Assembly: GCA_051953395.1 (NCBI GenBank)
Contig: JBQCIU010000040.1
Location: 25,880-89,879 of the forward strand
DNA: 64,000 nt
DNA from: Sphingomicrobium sp.
Lineage (GTDB): Bacteria; Pseudomonadota; Alphaproteobacteria; Sphingomonadales; Sphingomonadaceae
Direction of reading: 5' to 3'
The notes beneath the pieces are model-generated. The model did no database searches and was not told the origin of the DNA. It saw nothing but the letters and a program-made list of their open reading frames with translations. Numbering within the stretch: the stretch's first letter is position 1; every line of letters begins with the position of its first letter. Below, one piece after another: positions 46,044 to 55,281 of the stretch. The position numbers and the translations under genes are program-made.

Positions 46044-47725
46044 CTCAGGTTCGCTGCGCCATCTACACCCGCAAGTCGAGCGAGGAAGGGCTCGAGCAGG
46101 ACTTCAACTCCCTGCATGCGCAGCGGGAGGCCTGCTCCGCATACGTGCTCAGCCAGGCCAGCGAGGGCTGGACCGCGCTTCCTGATGAATATGACGACGG
46201 CGGTCTGTCGGGCGGATCGCTCGGCAGGCCCGCGCTGCAGCGGCTGCTTGAGGACATCGAGGTCGGTCGGATCGACATCGTTGTCGTCTACAAGGTTGAT
46301 CGGCTGACCCGGTCGCTGCTCGACTTTGCCAAACTTGTCGAGGCGTTTGACGGGGCAGGCGTGTCTTTCGTATCGGTGACCCAGTCGTTCAACACCACCA
46401 CGAGTATGGGGCGCCTGACGCTGAACATGCTGCTGAGCTTCGCGCAGTTCGAGCGCGAGGTCACAGCCGAGCGCATTCGCGACAAGATTGCGGCGTCCAA
46501 GGCCAGAGGCATGTGGATGGGCGGAACTCCGCCGCTCGGTTACGCTCCCGACGGTCGGAGCCTCGCGATTGTCGAGGAACACGCTGGCCTCGTTCGGATG
46601 ATCTACGGGCGCTATCGCGAGCTCGGCAACGTGCGGCACCTGGCCGAAGAGCTGCAGGCTAAGGAGATCCTCACTCCGGTTCGAAGCACCCGCACCGGCA
46701 GGACCTTCGGCGGGTGCGCGTTCAGCCGCGGGCAGCTCTACGCCATTCTCCGCAACCCGGTCTACGTTGGTGACATCGCGCACCACGGCAAGGTGCACCC
46801 CGGTAACCATCCGGCGATCATCGACCGCGAGACGTGGGAGTCAGTTCAGACGCAGCTTGCCGACAACATCAGAGGCAAGCGTTCAGCCCGAGAAGCAAAC
46901 GCCAGCATGCTCTCGGGCCGGCTGTTCGACGAAACCGGAGAACCGCTGATCGCGGTGCACAGTCGCAAGGGCGACCGTCGGTATCGCTACTACGTCAGCA
47001 GGTCAGCGCACCATCAGGATGGGCGTAATCGTCGCACGACCGTCCGCATGCCGGCGAGCGATATTGAACAGCTGGTCTGCACTGAGCTGGCGAAGATGCT
47101 CGGCAGGTCAGTCGATCTGCTCGCAAGGTGTCACATCGATGTTGCGCCATCGCAGCTTGAGACGGCCCTGGAGAAGTGCGCAAAGCTGGCCATCAGAGCG
47201 GCGAAGCGCGACCAGACGCTCGTCCGCACATCCGTCGAAAGCGTCAGCGTGCACCCTGACGCGGTCGAGATCGCCGTCACTCCGGCGGGGCTGACGAAGC
47301 TGCTCGGGCTGGTGGACCCGAACGACGCGACACCAGTCGTCCACCGCGTTGCGGCACGTCTCACGCGCACTGGCCGCGCATTGCGTTTGGTCGACGACAG
47401 CGGTTTAGCTGCTTGTGAAGCGGCCCCTGACGAGACGATGGCACGGCTCGTCGTTCGGGCTCGAACCTGGTGGGCAACGCTGGAGCAGACAGGCCAGACG
47501 GTTTCTGAGCTTGCCACCTCGGAAGGCGTGACAGCCTCATATCTGACGCGTGTGCTCAGGCTCGCGTTTCTTTCGCCCAAGGTTGTATCTGCGGTTCTCA
47601 GTGGCTCATTGCGCGCAGGTATCGATTCATCGCGTCTCTTCTGCGCCGACGCCATCACTCTCGATTGGGCCGGACAACGTCGCGCGCTGCTGCCGAGAGA
47701 GTCCGCGGATGCAACATCGTCGTAG
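46040..47725 (+). CDS. Large serine recombinase (second copy)
   Basis: RCAIYTRKSSEEGLEQDFNSLHAQREAC, VVYKVDRLTRSL, LLSFAQFEREVTAERIRDKI, GGTPPLGY. GTG start overlaps the DUF2924 stop. Confidence 0.93.
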   Translation: MTQVRCAIYTRKSSEEGLEQDFNSLHAQREACSAYVLSQASEGWTALPDEYDDGGLSGGSLGRPALQRLLEDIEVGRIDIVVVYKVDRLTRSLLDFAKLVEAFDGAGVSFVSVTQSFNTTTSMGRLTLNMLLSFAQFEREVTAERIRDKIAASKARGMWMGGTPPLGYAPDGRSLAIVEEHAGLVRMIYGRYRELGNVRHLAEELQAKEILTPVRSTRTGRTFGGCAFSRGQLYAILRNPVYVGDIAHHGKVHPGNHPAIIDRETWESVQTQLADNIRGKRSAREANASMLSGRLFDETGEPLIAVHSRKGDRRYRYYVSRSAHHQDGRNRRTTVRMPASDIEQLVCTELAKMLGRSVDLLARCHIDVAPSQLETALEKCAKLAIRAAKRDQTLVRTSVESVSVHPDAVEIAVTPAGLTKLLGLVDPNDATPVVHRVAARLTRTGRALRLVDDSGLAACEAAPDETMARLVVRARTWWATLEQTGQTVSELATSEGVTASYLTRVLRLAFLSPKVVSAVLSGSLRAGIDSSRLFCADAITLDWAGQRRALLPRESADATSS

Positions 47726-47993
47726 CTGGCCACGCCCTTGCCGCGTCGGCAACGCACTTCTCCAGTCGCAAAAAGATGATGCTTGCCGGATCCCGAACAA
47801 CGTCGCCGTTGCTCCAGAAGCGGCCGCATAGGCGCGTTACTCAGTATGATAAGGGCGGACGGCCGCTTGCTAGGAACCGCGAGAATTGAATTTGCGAGTT
47901 CCGCGGCGTCCATTGGAGACAACGAATTTTCCCAGAGTGGCTTTGCCATTCCGGGACGTTCTTCGACAGTCGCCGCGTCAATGGCAAGCGACC

Positions 47994-49754
47994 CTACTTG
48001 CCCTTCAACAGTTCGGAAGTCTGCTCCGCGCCTGCGGGTAGCGACTGTTTGTGGTCGAGGAGAGCGTGGAGGAGTGCCGCTATCGTCTCGCGCTTCGCGC
48101 TCTCGTTTCGGAGCGCCTCAACTGCCGCATATGGCTTCTCACGAGTTGCCTCGTAACCGAGGTAAGCCTCCTCAAAGTTGGGAACTGACGCAATCACGCG
48201 GACCAAGTCTGGATTGGGAGAAGCGCTCACCTCATCCCAGATTCTTCCGTTCAGAGTCCATGCCGGGTTTACCTGCGACTTTGTCCCCCCGGTACTCTTG
48301 TCCTTCACTTCGATCGTCTCGGCGTCGCTATCGTGGAGAATGCTGTAGCGCGCCCCGAAATGGTTTAGGATCTTGGCGAGCGAGATCAAAGGCGCCTTTC
48401 CTCTCGCCCGTACGACAACCAGGCTTCTGAGGAGCGGCTCTGGTATCTGATCCTGCCCCTCCTCCTGCAAGAGTGCGGCAGCGACTAGCTTTAAGGCCGA
48501 GTACTCGGTGTCTCCTTCGACGAGCACGACGTGCCCGCCGAAAAAGAACTCGGCCACGTAGGGATCAAAGATATTGAGGAGTTTCAGGTGAACCCGATCA
48601 TCTTCGGAGAGCTTCGCGGTAGCGGGACGAAATAGCGTCGTACCCTCGACAGACCCAGCGTGCCCACGCTCAACCCTCACTATTGTCTCGTTGTTGCGGG
48701 AAAGGTCAATGAAACCCGGATGGTGCGTCGTCACCATCACCTGCCACCCAGCCCTCTCGGCCAAGTCATAGAGAACGTTTGCCGCCTCGTGGACGGCCCT
48801 TGGGTGCAAGCAAAGCTCCGGTTCATCGATGAGCAGTAGATGGGGCCGACCTTCATTCTTGTCGTCGCGCTCCGAAGCAACCTTTAGAGCAGCCCACAGA
48901 ATGCATCGTCGTGCACCACTGCCCTGCAGTTCAAGCGTGCTCTTGTAACCGGCAACGGGTCCGACCCGCATTTGGCTTCCGGAGAACAACGGCACCTTGT
49001 CAAACGGCGCTAGTTCTGGCGCGAACTGGACAACGTGCTCTGCGAAAATACCGGCTAGCAGCTCCGTCAGCTTCTCCTCAATCTCCGCGACATCGGCCTG
49101 TGACTGATGGATTACCTTGTTCTGGAACTCAGCGAGCCGCTGGCTGAGCTGCTCAAACTCTGTCCCCTCGCCGTCTGCAGCCGGGATGTTCTTCGCCCGC
49201 TGGTCAATCAGACTTGTAACGATCTTTGTGATCTCGGCCGCTTGCTTTTCGGGAGGGTCAAACGCCTTGACTGCATGAGGCTGAGGTCGCTGCTTGTTGG
49301 CAACGGCCGCGAACCCCCAAGGCTTTTTCGTGTCCCACTCTCCCTTGTCGTTGTTCCAGCCATGTCGGTCGCCCTTCCCCTCTTTTGAGAACACCCATCT
49401 CTCTCGGACAACCTTCACGCCGTCCATGTTCACCAGCCATTTCTCGGCAGCCGGACCTTGCACTTCGGTTTCCAGCTCAATGGTGGGCAGATTCTCGGGA
49501 TCAATCTTCCCGTTGGGGAAGTCCTCAATCGTGAGCTTTCCCGCGTTTGAACCCTCCGACATCGCCACCTCATACGCACGCAAGATTGAGCTCTTGCCGG
49601 CGTTGTTGGGTCCAACGAGGACGACGATGTTGTCGAGATCGACAACCACAGGCTTTGTGCCAATAGCTCGGAAGTTTGACACCGTGAGCCTCCGGACCTT
49701 GCCGAAGGTGACTAGATCAGCGGGTTCATCCTTGGGTTTTGCGACGGCAGCCAT
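47994..49754 (-). CDS. OLD-family ATP-dependent nuclease (ABC ATPase + TOPRIM)
   Basis: Walker A GPNNAGKS, QGSG signature, LLIDEPE.CLHP, TTHHP, TOPRIM LVEGDTE and DSD. Confidence 0.88.
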   Translation of the reverse strand: MAAVAKPKDEPADLVTFGKVRRLTVSNFRAIGTKPVVVDLDNIVVLVGPNNAGKSSILRAYEVAMSEGSNAGKLTIEDFPNGKIDPENLPTIELETEVQGPAAEKWLVNMDGVKVVRERWVFSKEGKGDRHGWNNDKGEWDTKKPWGFAAVANKQRPQPHAVKAFDPPEKQAAEITKIVTSLIDQRAKNIPAADGEGTEFEQLSQRLAEFQNKVIHQSQADVAEIEEKLTELLAGIFAEHVVQFAPELAPFDKVPLFSGSQMRVGPVAGYKSTLELQGSGARRCILWAALKVASERDDKNEGRPHLLLIDEPELCLHPRAVHEAANVLYDLAERAGWQVMVTTHHPGFIDLSRNNETIVRVERGHAGSVEGTTLFRPATAKLSEDDRVHLKLLNIFDPYVAEFFFGGHVVLVEGDTEYSALKLVAAALLQEEGQDQIPEPLLRSLVVVRARGKAPLISLAKILNHFGARYSILHDSDAETIEVKDKSTGGTKSQVNPAWTLNGRIWDEVSASPNPDLVRVIASVPNFEEAYLGYEATREKPYAAVEALRNESAKRETIAALLHALLDHKQSLPAGAEQTSELLKGK

Positions 49755-49967
49755 TCTCCCTCATTTCTACCGAGCACGCAGCGGCACGTTATTATGGCAC
49801 TCAAAGAGTTGTCCATGGCGTGCTTGAGCGAGACGCAGCTCAGAAAAACTCGGAACGGCTTCCGGCCGGTGCGGGTCGGCTGCGAGCTCGAAGCTGTCGC
49901 CGACCACGCCGAGCGCCGTGACGTTCTAATCGAGTAGACTCATTTGACGACGTCTCAAACGCGAAGG

Positions 49968-49994
49968 GTCCGCTCCTAAGCTGAATGTCCGCTT
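49968..49994. repeat. GTCCGC-type repeat cluster left of a small cassette-like gene
   Basis: GTCCGC at 49968-49973 and AATGTCCGCTT at 49984-49994. Confidence 0.4.
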
Positions 49995-50013
49995 ACGGCT
50001 AAGAGGTGGCTTC

Positions 50014-50385
50014 TTAGTCTTCTGTCGGCCACCCGCGGCGTTTTGCCTCAAACCAAATGTCGCCCTGTACCCGGGTCAGACGATAGACGCGTGCCGTGGG
50101 GTTATATTCGTCGTGATCGATGGTCAGAAACGCGTCACTGCCGCTGCAAGCCAGCCAATAATTCACGCCTCCAGGACCGGAATCGAAAATCTGAATGATG
50201 CCATCATCCCGATTCTGCCGCTCTGCGAAGACACGGCTGTAATCAAGATACGCGATCGACAACGCGGTCGGTTGGACTTCAACTGAGAACGGCACTTCCT
50301 TATCCCTGTCTTTAGGCAGATATGCGTAAAACCCAGAGCACGTTGAGTTCGCGGCGAGCGCGGCCGCAATAGCTAGAATCAGCAA
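50014..50385 (-). CDS. Small hypothetical secreted protein
   Basis: Signal-like N-terminus; AT-richer than flanking genes by eye. Confidence 0.6.
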   Translation of the reverse strand: MLILAIAAALAANSTCSGFYAYLPKDRDKEVPFSVEVQPTALSIAYLDYSRVFAERQNRDDGIIQIFDSGPGGVNYWLACSGSDAFLTIDHDEYNPTARVYRLTRVQGDIWFEAKRRGWPTED

Positions 50386-50435
50386 AGTTAATTCCCTCTG
50401 TCTGAGCAGCGGCCCGTTTTCACATTCGTGCCCCT

Positions 50436-50517
50436 AAAGCAGACGCTCCGCAATCGGCGCGTTGCAGTCATTCTGCGATCACACGCGGTGAAAGGCTGCT
50501 TTTGGCCGAAAGCGGAC
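50436..50517. repeat. AAAGC(A/G)GAC-type imperfect palindromes right of the small gene
   Basis: AAAGCAGACG at 50436-50445 and GCTGCTTT-TGGCCG-AAAGCGGAC at 50495-50517. Confidence 0.4.
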
Positions 50518-50611
50518 GGTCGGCGTTGAGGCAGTGGCGCGCCATTTTCTGCCGATCGACCGCGGCTGACTGCCGCGACGACCTCGATCTACCTTTTGTG
50601 GATAGTCGGGG

Positions 50612-51217
50612 CTACCTAGGGTCGCGAGCCCACACCTGCCACCAGCGCCGCCTCTTGAGAGCAGGCGCCGGCTTTGGGTGGGCGGAAGACTTTGGCGCAG
50701 GCTGGTCAGCCAAGGCGAACAACGCCGGATCCTTGCCGGCCTTCTGTGCCCTATGTGTGCGAACGAGCGCGCTAAGCGTTCTTTCGACCTCCCATGGAAT
50801 CTCGTCCAGCGCGTCGGCAATCTCGATGGCTGACTTCGGTGTTTTGGTCAGAGCCGCGAAAACCTTTGAATCCAGCTCGGCGTCATACCGCGGCGAGTAG
50901 TCGCCATCATCGTGGATTCCACACCAAAGGATGCAATCCTGCCACAGAACGAAGTGGGCGCCGCATCCCCCATCGCGCCAGACGGATGGATAGAGACTCA
51001 CTTTATTCCGCGCATAGAGCCGCCACGCCTTTCCAGCGCGAGGATCGAGATTGACAGTGAGAACCGAGCCGCATCCATCCGGGCAGACCATTACCAGCGA
51101 CCTCGGCCGGCCGCGGACTACGGTGACGCTATCCCCTGGCTGCTCCAGTAACGGGTTCGCTTCGTGGCGGCTTTCGACTGTCCCTCGAAACCGGATCTTG
51201 CGTGCCGGCAGCTGCAT
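50612..51217 (-). CDS. DUF6527-like protein with a C-terminal wHTH-like extension
   Basis: MVCPDGCG...V.L...W....SLYPSVW...GC.AHF pattern; GAGG RBS before ATG 51217. Confidence 0.75.
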   Translation of the reverse strand: MQLPARKIRFRGTVESRHEANPLLEQPGDSVTVVRGRPRSLVMVCPDGCGSVLTVNLDPRAGKAWRLYARNKVSLYPSVWRDGGCGAHFVLWQDCILWCGIHDDGDYSPRYDAELDSKVFAALTKTPKSAIEIADALDEIPWEVERTLSALVRTHRAQKAGKDPALFALADQPAPKSSAHPKPAPALKRRRWWQVWARDPR

Positions 51218-52751
51218 CTTCTTTCCTCGGATTTCCACAAACTAGCCGATCGGCCACCACTAGAGCATACGCGCGACGCTTAGCGTCGATTGCGCGCAAA
51301 TTTTCACGTACCGCCTGCGGATGCTCCTCGAAGCTTCCGGCCGGATGCATCGAGCGCCGGAGCAAATACATAGCAACCGCCGACTGATAACCCGTTTCGC
51401 AGGTCCGGGCTGCTTGCGCTAGGATTCGGACTTTCCGGATCGCATTGACCCGATGCTTCCAGGGAGCGTCGGCCTCAATGGGGAGTTGCGCGCCGAGGAA
51501 GTTATCCGGCGCGAACAAGCGATCAACGTCTTCGGTCCACTCCTCTTGATCCGCGTCGAGGTCAGAAAGGCGGACGTCCATCGCCAGCGCGACCTCGAGG
51601 CAGGCAGGATCTCCGCTGATTGGCCCCTCACGAGCCGACCCCAGATCGATGAGGATAGCGTCAGCGTTCCGGACGTAGATATTTCCCGGATGAAGGTCGC
51701 CGTGAAATGGCGCCCGGTAGAAGCTTTCCTCGCCGCGCCGGTCGCATAGCTGCTCGTAGATCTGAATCGGAAGCCGACTGAGCCCAAGTTCCTCCGCGCG
51801 CTTCAAATGCTCTTCGCGGACATCCCGATTATCGAAGATGTCCTTGCCAAGCTCGCCCGCCACGGCCCGGCCGGTCACTGGGCCGCGTTGGTCGCTGAAT
51901 GATTGGGCCCACCATCCCCGAAGAGTCATGTCGAACAGGGAGTTTAGTGGCGCGCTGAAATTTCCTTCCTCGACGGCAACCCATAAGGGCTGGGCGAATT
52001 CGACGAAGTTGCCGACGAAGCAGCCCCGCCTCGCGCCTTTGACGGTCCGGTTATGGTCAATGTTCGGCCGAAGGTGGAAGGGCACGTAGAAGTCCGCATA
52101 GTCACGATAATTGCTAAGCTCGCGATCGATCTTCGAGAGCCGTCCGAGCTTCGCGAAAAATGGAAGCGGCTGGACAATCACGCTGTTGCGCCAGAATTGC
52201 GCGTGGACACGGAAGACGTCTGCCGTCTTGCCACCAACCAACGGCTCGAGCCGGATCTTCACCGCGTCGGAGAAAGCGCGCCTCAAGAGCAACTCGTCGG
52301 TTACCGAAATCTCGCAATCCTCCGGCTTTTCGATATCGAGCTCACCAGACCATCCCAGCTGACAATCATGGCGAACGAAAATTTGCGCAAGGACACTGTC
52401 CGGTGAGTTGTTCGCCGTGCCGTTGCGGACGTGTCTGAGGCGGTTCAGCCCCGCATCCTCGATCGCCTCTTGGATATGGATTGAGTCATGATCGTTGGCG
52501 GCGAGCAGGATGACTTCGACTCCATGATTGTCGATCCGCTCGAGATTCGCCTGAAGGTGCATCCGAATGGCCGTGAGTTCCAGCCCATCGGTCGAGTAGA
52601 CGATCCCGCGCACCCCGACCAAATCTGCGTCGGCGAGATCGGCGAGTGGCCGGGGGTCGAGAATGAGGTCGCGGTCGACGAACTCGTCGTTTCCGGAGCG
52701 CCTGGACCGGCCGCCGAACCAGAGAATGCGGTTACGCTTCTCGTGCATCAT
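51129..52751 (-). CDS. Protein-kinase-like phosphotransferase (APH/TCAD9-like) with an uncharacterised N-terminal domain
   Basis: GGKTADVFRV Gly loop, FAK lysine, RE (alphaC Glu), HGDLHPGN catalytic loop, IDLG (DFG-like). ATGA overlap with the E1 stop. Confidence 0.78.
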   Translation of the reverse strand: MMHEKRNRILWFGGRSRRSGNDEFVDRDLILDPRPLADLADADLVGVRGIVYSTDGLELTAIRMHLQANLERIDNHGVEVILLAANDHDSIHIQEAIEDAGLNRLRHVRNGTANNSPDSVLAQIFVRHDCQLGWSGELDIEKPEDCEISVTDELLLRRAFSDAVKIRLEPLVGGKTADVFRVHAQFWRNSVIVQPLPFFAKLGRLSKIDRELSNYRDYADFYVPFHLRPNIDHNRTVKGARRGCFVGNFVEFAQPLWVAVEEGNFSAPLNSLFDMTLRGWWAQSFSDQRGPVTGRAVAGELGKDIFDNRDVREEHLKRAEELGLSRLPIQIYEQLCDRRGEESFYRAPFHGDLHPGNIYVRNADAILIDLGSAREGPISGDPACLEVALAMDVRLSDLDADQEEWTEDVDRLFAPDNFLGAQLPIEADAPWKHRVNAIRKVRILAQAARTCETGYQSAVAMYLLRRSMHPAGSFEEHPQAVRENLRAIDAKRRAYALVVADRLVCGNPRKEDAAAGTQDPVSRDSRKPPRSEPVTGAARG

Positions 52752-54067
52752 GTTGCCGCAATCCTCGTCGGCAGCGGCCATTCATTCGCGCGCGCCAGCC
52801 CGTTGTGAGCGCCGCAGACGTAGCAATCGGAATCGATCGCCCCGGCCACCGGCCTCACCAGCCCCTTGATCCCGTCGTACCGCAGGAAACTCGCCTCGAG
52901 CGGTGCGTCAGTGACCGCCCCTAGGAACATCGAAACCGCGAGCGACGACATGGTCGAATTGAGGGAAATGACAGACGGCTGTGGCTCGTGCGCGCCCTCG
53001 ATGTACGGATCTGCTGCCCGCTGCTCGGGGGTGAGCATCTCGCGGCGGATCGTCTCGCCGTCGAGCAATTCGAGACATGAGAAGCAAGGAAGGCCCGGCG
53101 ACAGGAGCTGCACACGCCCGGTGATTTTGGCCAGCCTGCCTGCCCGGACGCTGAGGCTGACGCCCATATCAATGACCGGGATCAAATACTGATAGGCAAC
53201 TTGGCCGAGCACCGCGCGGCTCGCGTGAGAGTCCGTGCAGCCAAAAATGAGGTCGCGATCCAGTAATTCGCACGCGACCACATCGTCGGCAATGTCTCCG
53301 GCGACTATCCTGACGACCGCGTCCGGATTGATTGTCAGAATCGTTCGCCTGGTAACTTCGATCTTGGGCGTGCCGACGTCGGCGCGCGCGGCACCGACGA
53401 GACGGTTCAGGCTGGTGGCGTCGACGCTGTCAAAATCGATCAGTAGAAAATCGCTTACCCCGAGATGAGCAAGCTGCTGGACCGTGAGCGATCCGGTCCC
53501 GCCCAGTCCGACGATACCGATCTTGAGCGCAGCGATTGCTGCCTGCCCCTCGGCGCCGAAGGCGCGGACCTGCCGGTCGAACCGATCCTCAGGATCGGGC
53601 ACGAAACCATTCTTTATTCCGATCTTCTGTCCAACGGAAATGACAATTGCCTCTTCGGCAGTGTCCAGTTTCCGGGCGGCAACCCCGCCGGGCGATATGA
53701 CGATAGCGCCATGCTCGCGTCCGGGGAAACGCTGGTCGAGAAAAGAGGCAAGGCGCCGTTCACCGGCATCGTCGACCAGCGAGAAGGCCGGGACGCTATC
53801 ATCGAACGGGTGGGTGTGCATGAAGACCAGGGATGAGCCGGTCGCCCGCGCCCGCTTCGCGGCATCAAAAATGAATTCGGGCGTCAGCTGGGCCGACAGG
53901 GGCGAACGGTCGAGATAATCTGCCGGGCCGGGATAACGAATGTCGTGGACGATCAGCCGGCCGTGGCTCGGTCGCGCGAGCCCGATCGCGCAGGATTCAA
54001 CGTCCAGCCTCTCGAGAAGGTTGAACTTGGCCGTCGACCATCGGTCCGCCGTGTGTACGATCCGCAT
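52748..54067 (-). CDS. JAB/MPN peptidase - ThiF/E1 fusion
   Basis: JAB: VESCA (Glu) and HTHP...FS.VD. E1: GLGGTGS, D.D.V...SLNRL, GCTD, PG.PCFSC and CYVC zinc knuckles. Confidence 0.9.
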   Translation of the reverse strand: MRIVHTADRWSTAKFNLLERLDVESCAIGLARPSHGRLIVHDIRYPGPADYLDRSPLSAQLTPEFIFDAAKRARATGSSLVFMHTHPFDDSVPAFSLVDDAGERRLASFLDQRFPGREHGAIVISPGGVAARKLDTAEEAIVISVGQKIGIKNGFVPDPEDRFDRQVRAFGAEGQAAIAALKIGIVGLGGTGSLTVQQLAHLGVSDFLLIDFDSVDATSLNRLVGAARADVGTPKIEVTRRTILTINPDAVVRIVAGDIADDVVACELLDRDLIFGCTDSHASRAVLGQVAYQYLIPVIDMGVSLSVRAGRLAKITGRVQLLSPGLPCFSCLELLDGETIRREMLTPEQRAADPYIEGAHEPQPSVISLNSTMSSLAVSMFLGAVTDAPLEASFLRYDGIKGLVRPVAGAIDSDCYVCGAHNGLARANEWPLPTRIAAT

Positions 54068-54471
54068 CAGCGGACGTCCGCGAGGCGCCCGCGTATCGTC
54101 GCGATCCACGTCTGAAGTCGGTCGCGGCCGGGCTTCCAAGACCGTGCCAGATGATAGGAGAACCAAAGTAGGTCACCGGAACCATCGACGTGCTGGATCC
54201 CGGAGCTCTGCGGCATATTGCCATTCGCCAGACGCATATCGGCGTCGACATAGAAGCAGTCGGGATTGGCGTGCGGATAGGCCGCCGACACGAAGAAGTG
54301 CAGGGTAGCGACGGATTTCGTCCAGCCGGGCGGCACCGGCACGTCAGGCACCGACACCAGCCATTGGTTCGACACCTGCCGCATCGATGCGTTGGGGAAA
54401 CGCTCGCGCACCTCCTCCAGTTCGCGCTCAAGCGGGGTCAAAGGCGCCGGCTCCGCCGCGGTTGCACTCAC
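54067..54471 (-). CDS. Prokaryotic E2-like protein (family E, Ser-His motif)
   Basis: VPVPPGW, AYPHANPDCFYVD, LWFSYH (S..H as in W.WSRH), WKPGRD.L.TW. Coupled to the JAB-E1 gene. Confidence 0.82.
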   Translation of the reverse strand: MSATAAEPAPLTPLERELEEVRERFPNASMRQVSNQWLVSVPDVPVPPGWTKSVATLHFFVSAAYPHANPDCFYVDADMRLANGNMPQSSGIQHVDGSGDLLWFSYHLARSWKPGRDRLQTWIATIRGRLADVR

Positions 54472-54475
54472 TTGC

Positions 54476-54739
54476 CTAGGCTCCGAAGCTGGCGCCCGGA
54501 ACGAGGGTCAGGCGCACCGGCCCCTTGTCCTTGCGCAGATCGACAATGTCGCTGTCGTTCAGCAGAACGTCCGGGTCGTCGCCATGACCGTCAATCGACA
54601 GCTTGTCGTTCGGTTCGGCATTGGGCAGCCGCGCCTTGATGTCCGCGGCGGACATTTCCGGCACGTCGCTCTCATACTTCACGCCATCGACGAAGTAGAA
54701 ATACTTCTCGGGCTTGTTCCCCTTATCGTGGGCTTCCAT
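54476..54739 (-). CDS. Ubiquitin-like (multiubiquitin-domain) protein
   Basis: 87 aa with a beta-grasp-like pattern (YFYFVDG.KYE...SAADI...D.LL...D.VDL), C-terminus PGASFG-A; first gene of the E2/E1 operon. Confidence 0.8.
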   Translation of the reverse strand: MEAHDKGNKPEKYFYFVDGVKYESDVPEMSAADIKARLPNAEPNDKLSIDGHGDDPDVLLNDSDIVDLRKDKGPVRLTLVPGASFGA

Positions 54740-54790
54740 CGCTTTTCCTTCCCGTGCTGACGACGCTCACGCGCCCTTGACCCGCACCCG

Positions 54791-54872
54791 ATTTTGGACG
54801 AATCACTGGATGTCCGTCCGGATTTAGACTATGTAAATGGACTGTATGCGCTGTTCAAGTACGAATTTGGAC
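54791..54872. promoter_or_regulatory. Divergent promoter with repeated GGAC-type half-sites
   Basis: ATTTTGGAC (54791-54799), GTCCGTCC (54812-54819), ATTTAGAC (54822-54829), AAATGGAC (54835-54842), ATTTGGAC (54865-54872). Confidence 0.45.
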
Positions 54873-54893
54873 CATCACATGGAGGAGTGTGAA

Positions 54894-55280
54894 ATGGTCG
54901 AAGCAGCCCCTCGGGACCTGTCGCCGGAGCGCGAGCGGGACCGGATTGCCTTCGCCGCTTTCTTAAAACTAGCCGACCTCTGGAATCTCACCACAGACCA
55001 GCAAATCACCCTTTTGGGATCCCCTGCTCGCTCGACATTCTTCAAATGGAAAAAGGAGGGCGGCCTGCTCCCCTCCGATACCCTTGAAAGGGTCTCTCAC
55101 CTCATCAACATCCACAAGTGCCTCAATATCTTGTTCCCCGATCCGGTCAGGGCGGACGAATGGGTACGGAGGCCTGATAGATATTGGTCCGAGCAGACAG
55201 CGCTCGATCGAATGCTGTCAGGTAAGATGGCGGACATCATCGATGTTCGGCGGTATCTGGACGCGCAACGCGGAGGATAA
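54894..55280 (+). CDS. Xre/MbcA/ParS family antitoxin-like protein (HTH + DUF2384)
   Basis: AF..LADLW.LT..QQ..LLG.P..STFFKWK, ERVS.L..I...L..LF, VRRYLDAQRGG. GGAGG RBS before ATG 54894. Confidence 0.88.
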   Translation: MVEAAPRDLSPERERDRIAFAAFLKLADLWNLTTDQQITLLGSPARSTFFKWKKEGGLLPSDTLERVSHLINIHKCLNILFPDPVRADEWVRRPDRYWSEQTALDRMLSGKMADIIDVRRYLDAQRGG

Positions 55281-55281
55281 G

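Noticed and set aside
47935-47941. GAGTGGC after the second recombinase as an internal att site
   Set aside because: Only 7 bp match the att core, which is expected by chance.
47994-49754. Gabija or retron-associated OLD system
   Set aside because: No UvrD-like helicase or reverse transcriptase nearby.
50612-54739. CBASS, Pycsar or ThiS/MoaD sulfur-transfer operon
   Set aside because: No CD-NTase or cyclase, and no cofactor-biosynthesis genes. The E2 and multiubiquitin-type Ubl point to a conjugation system.
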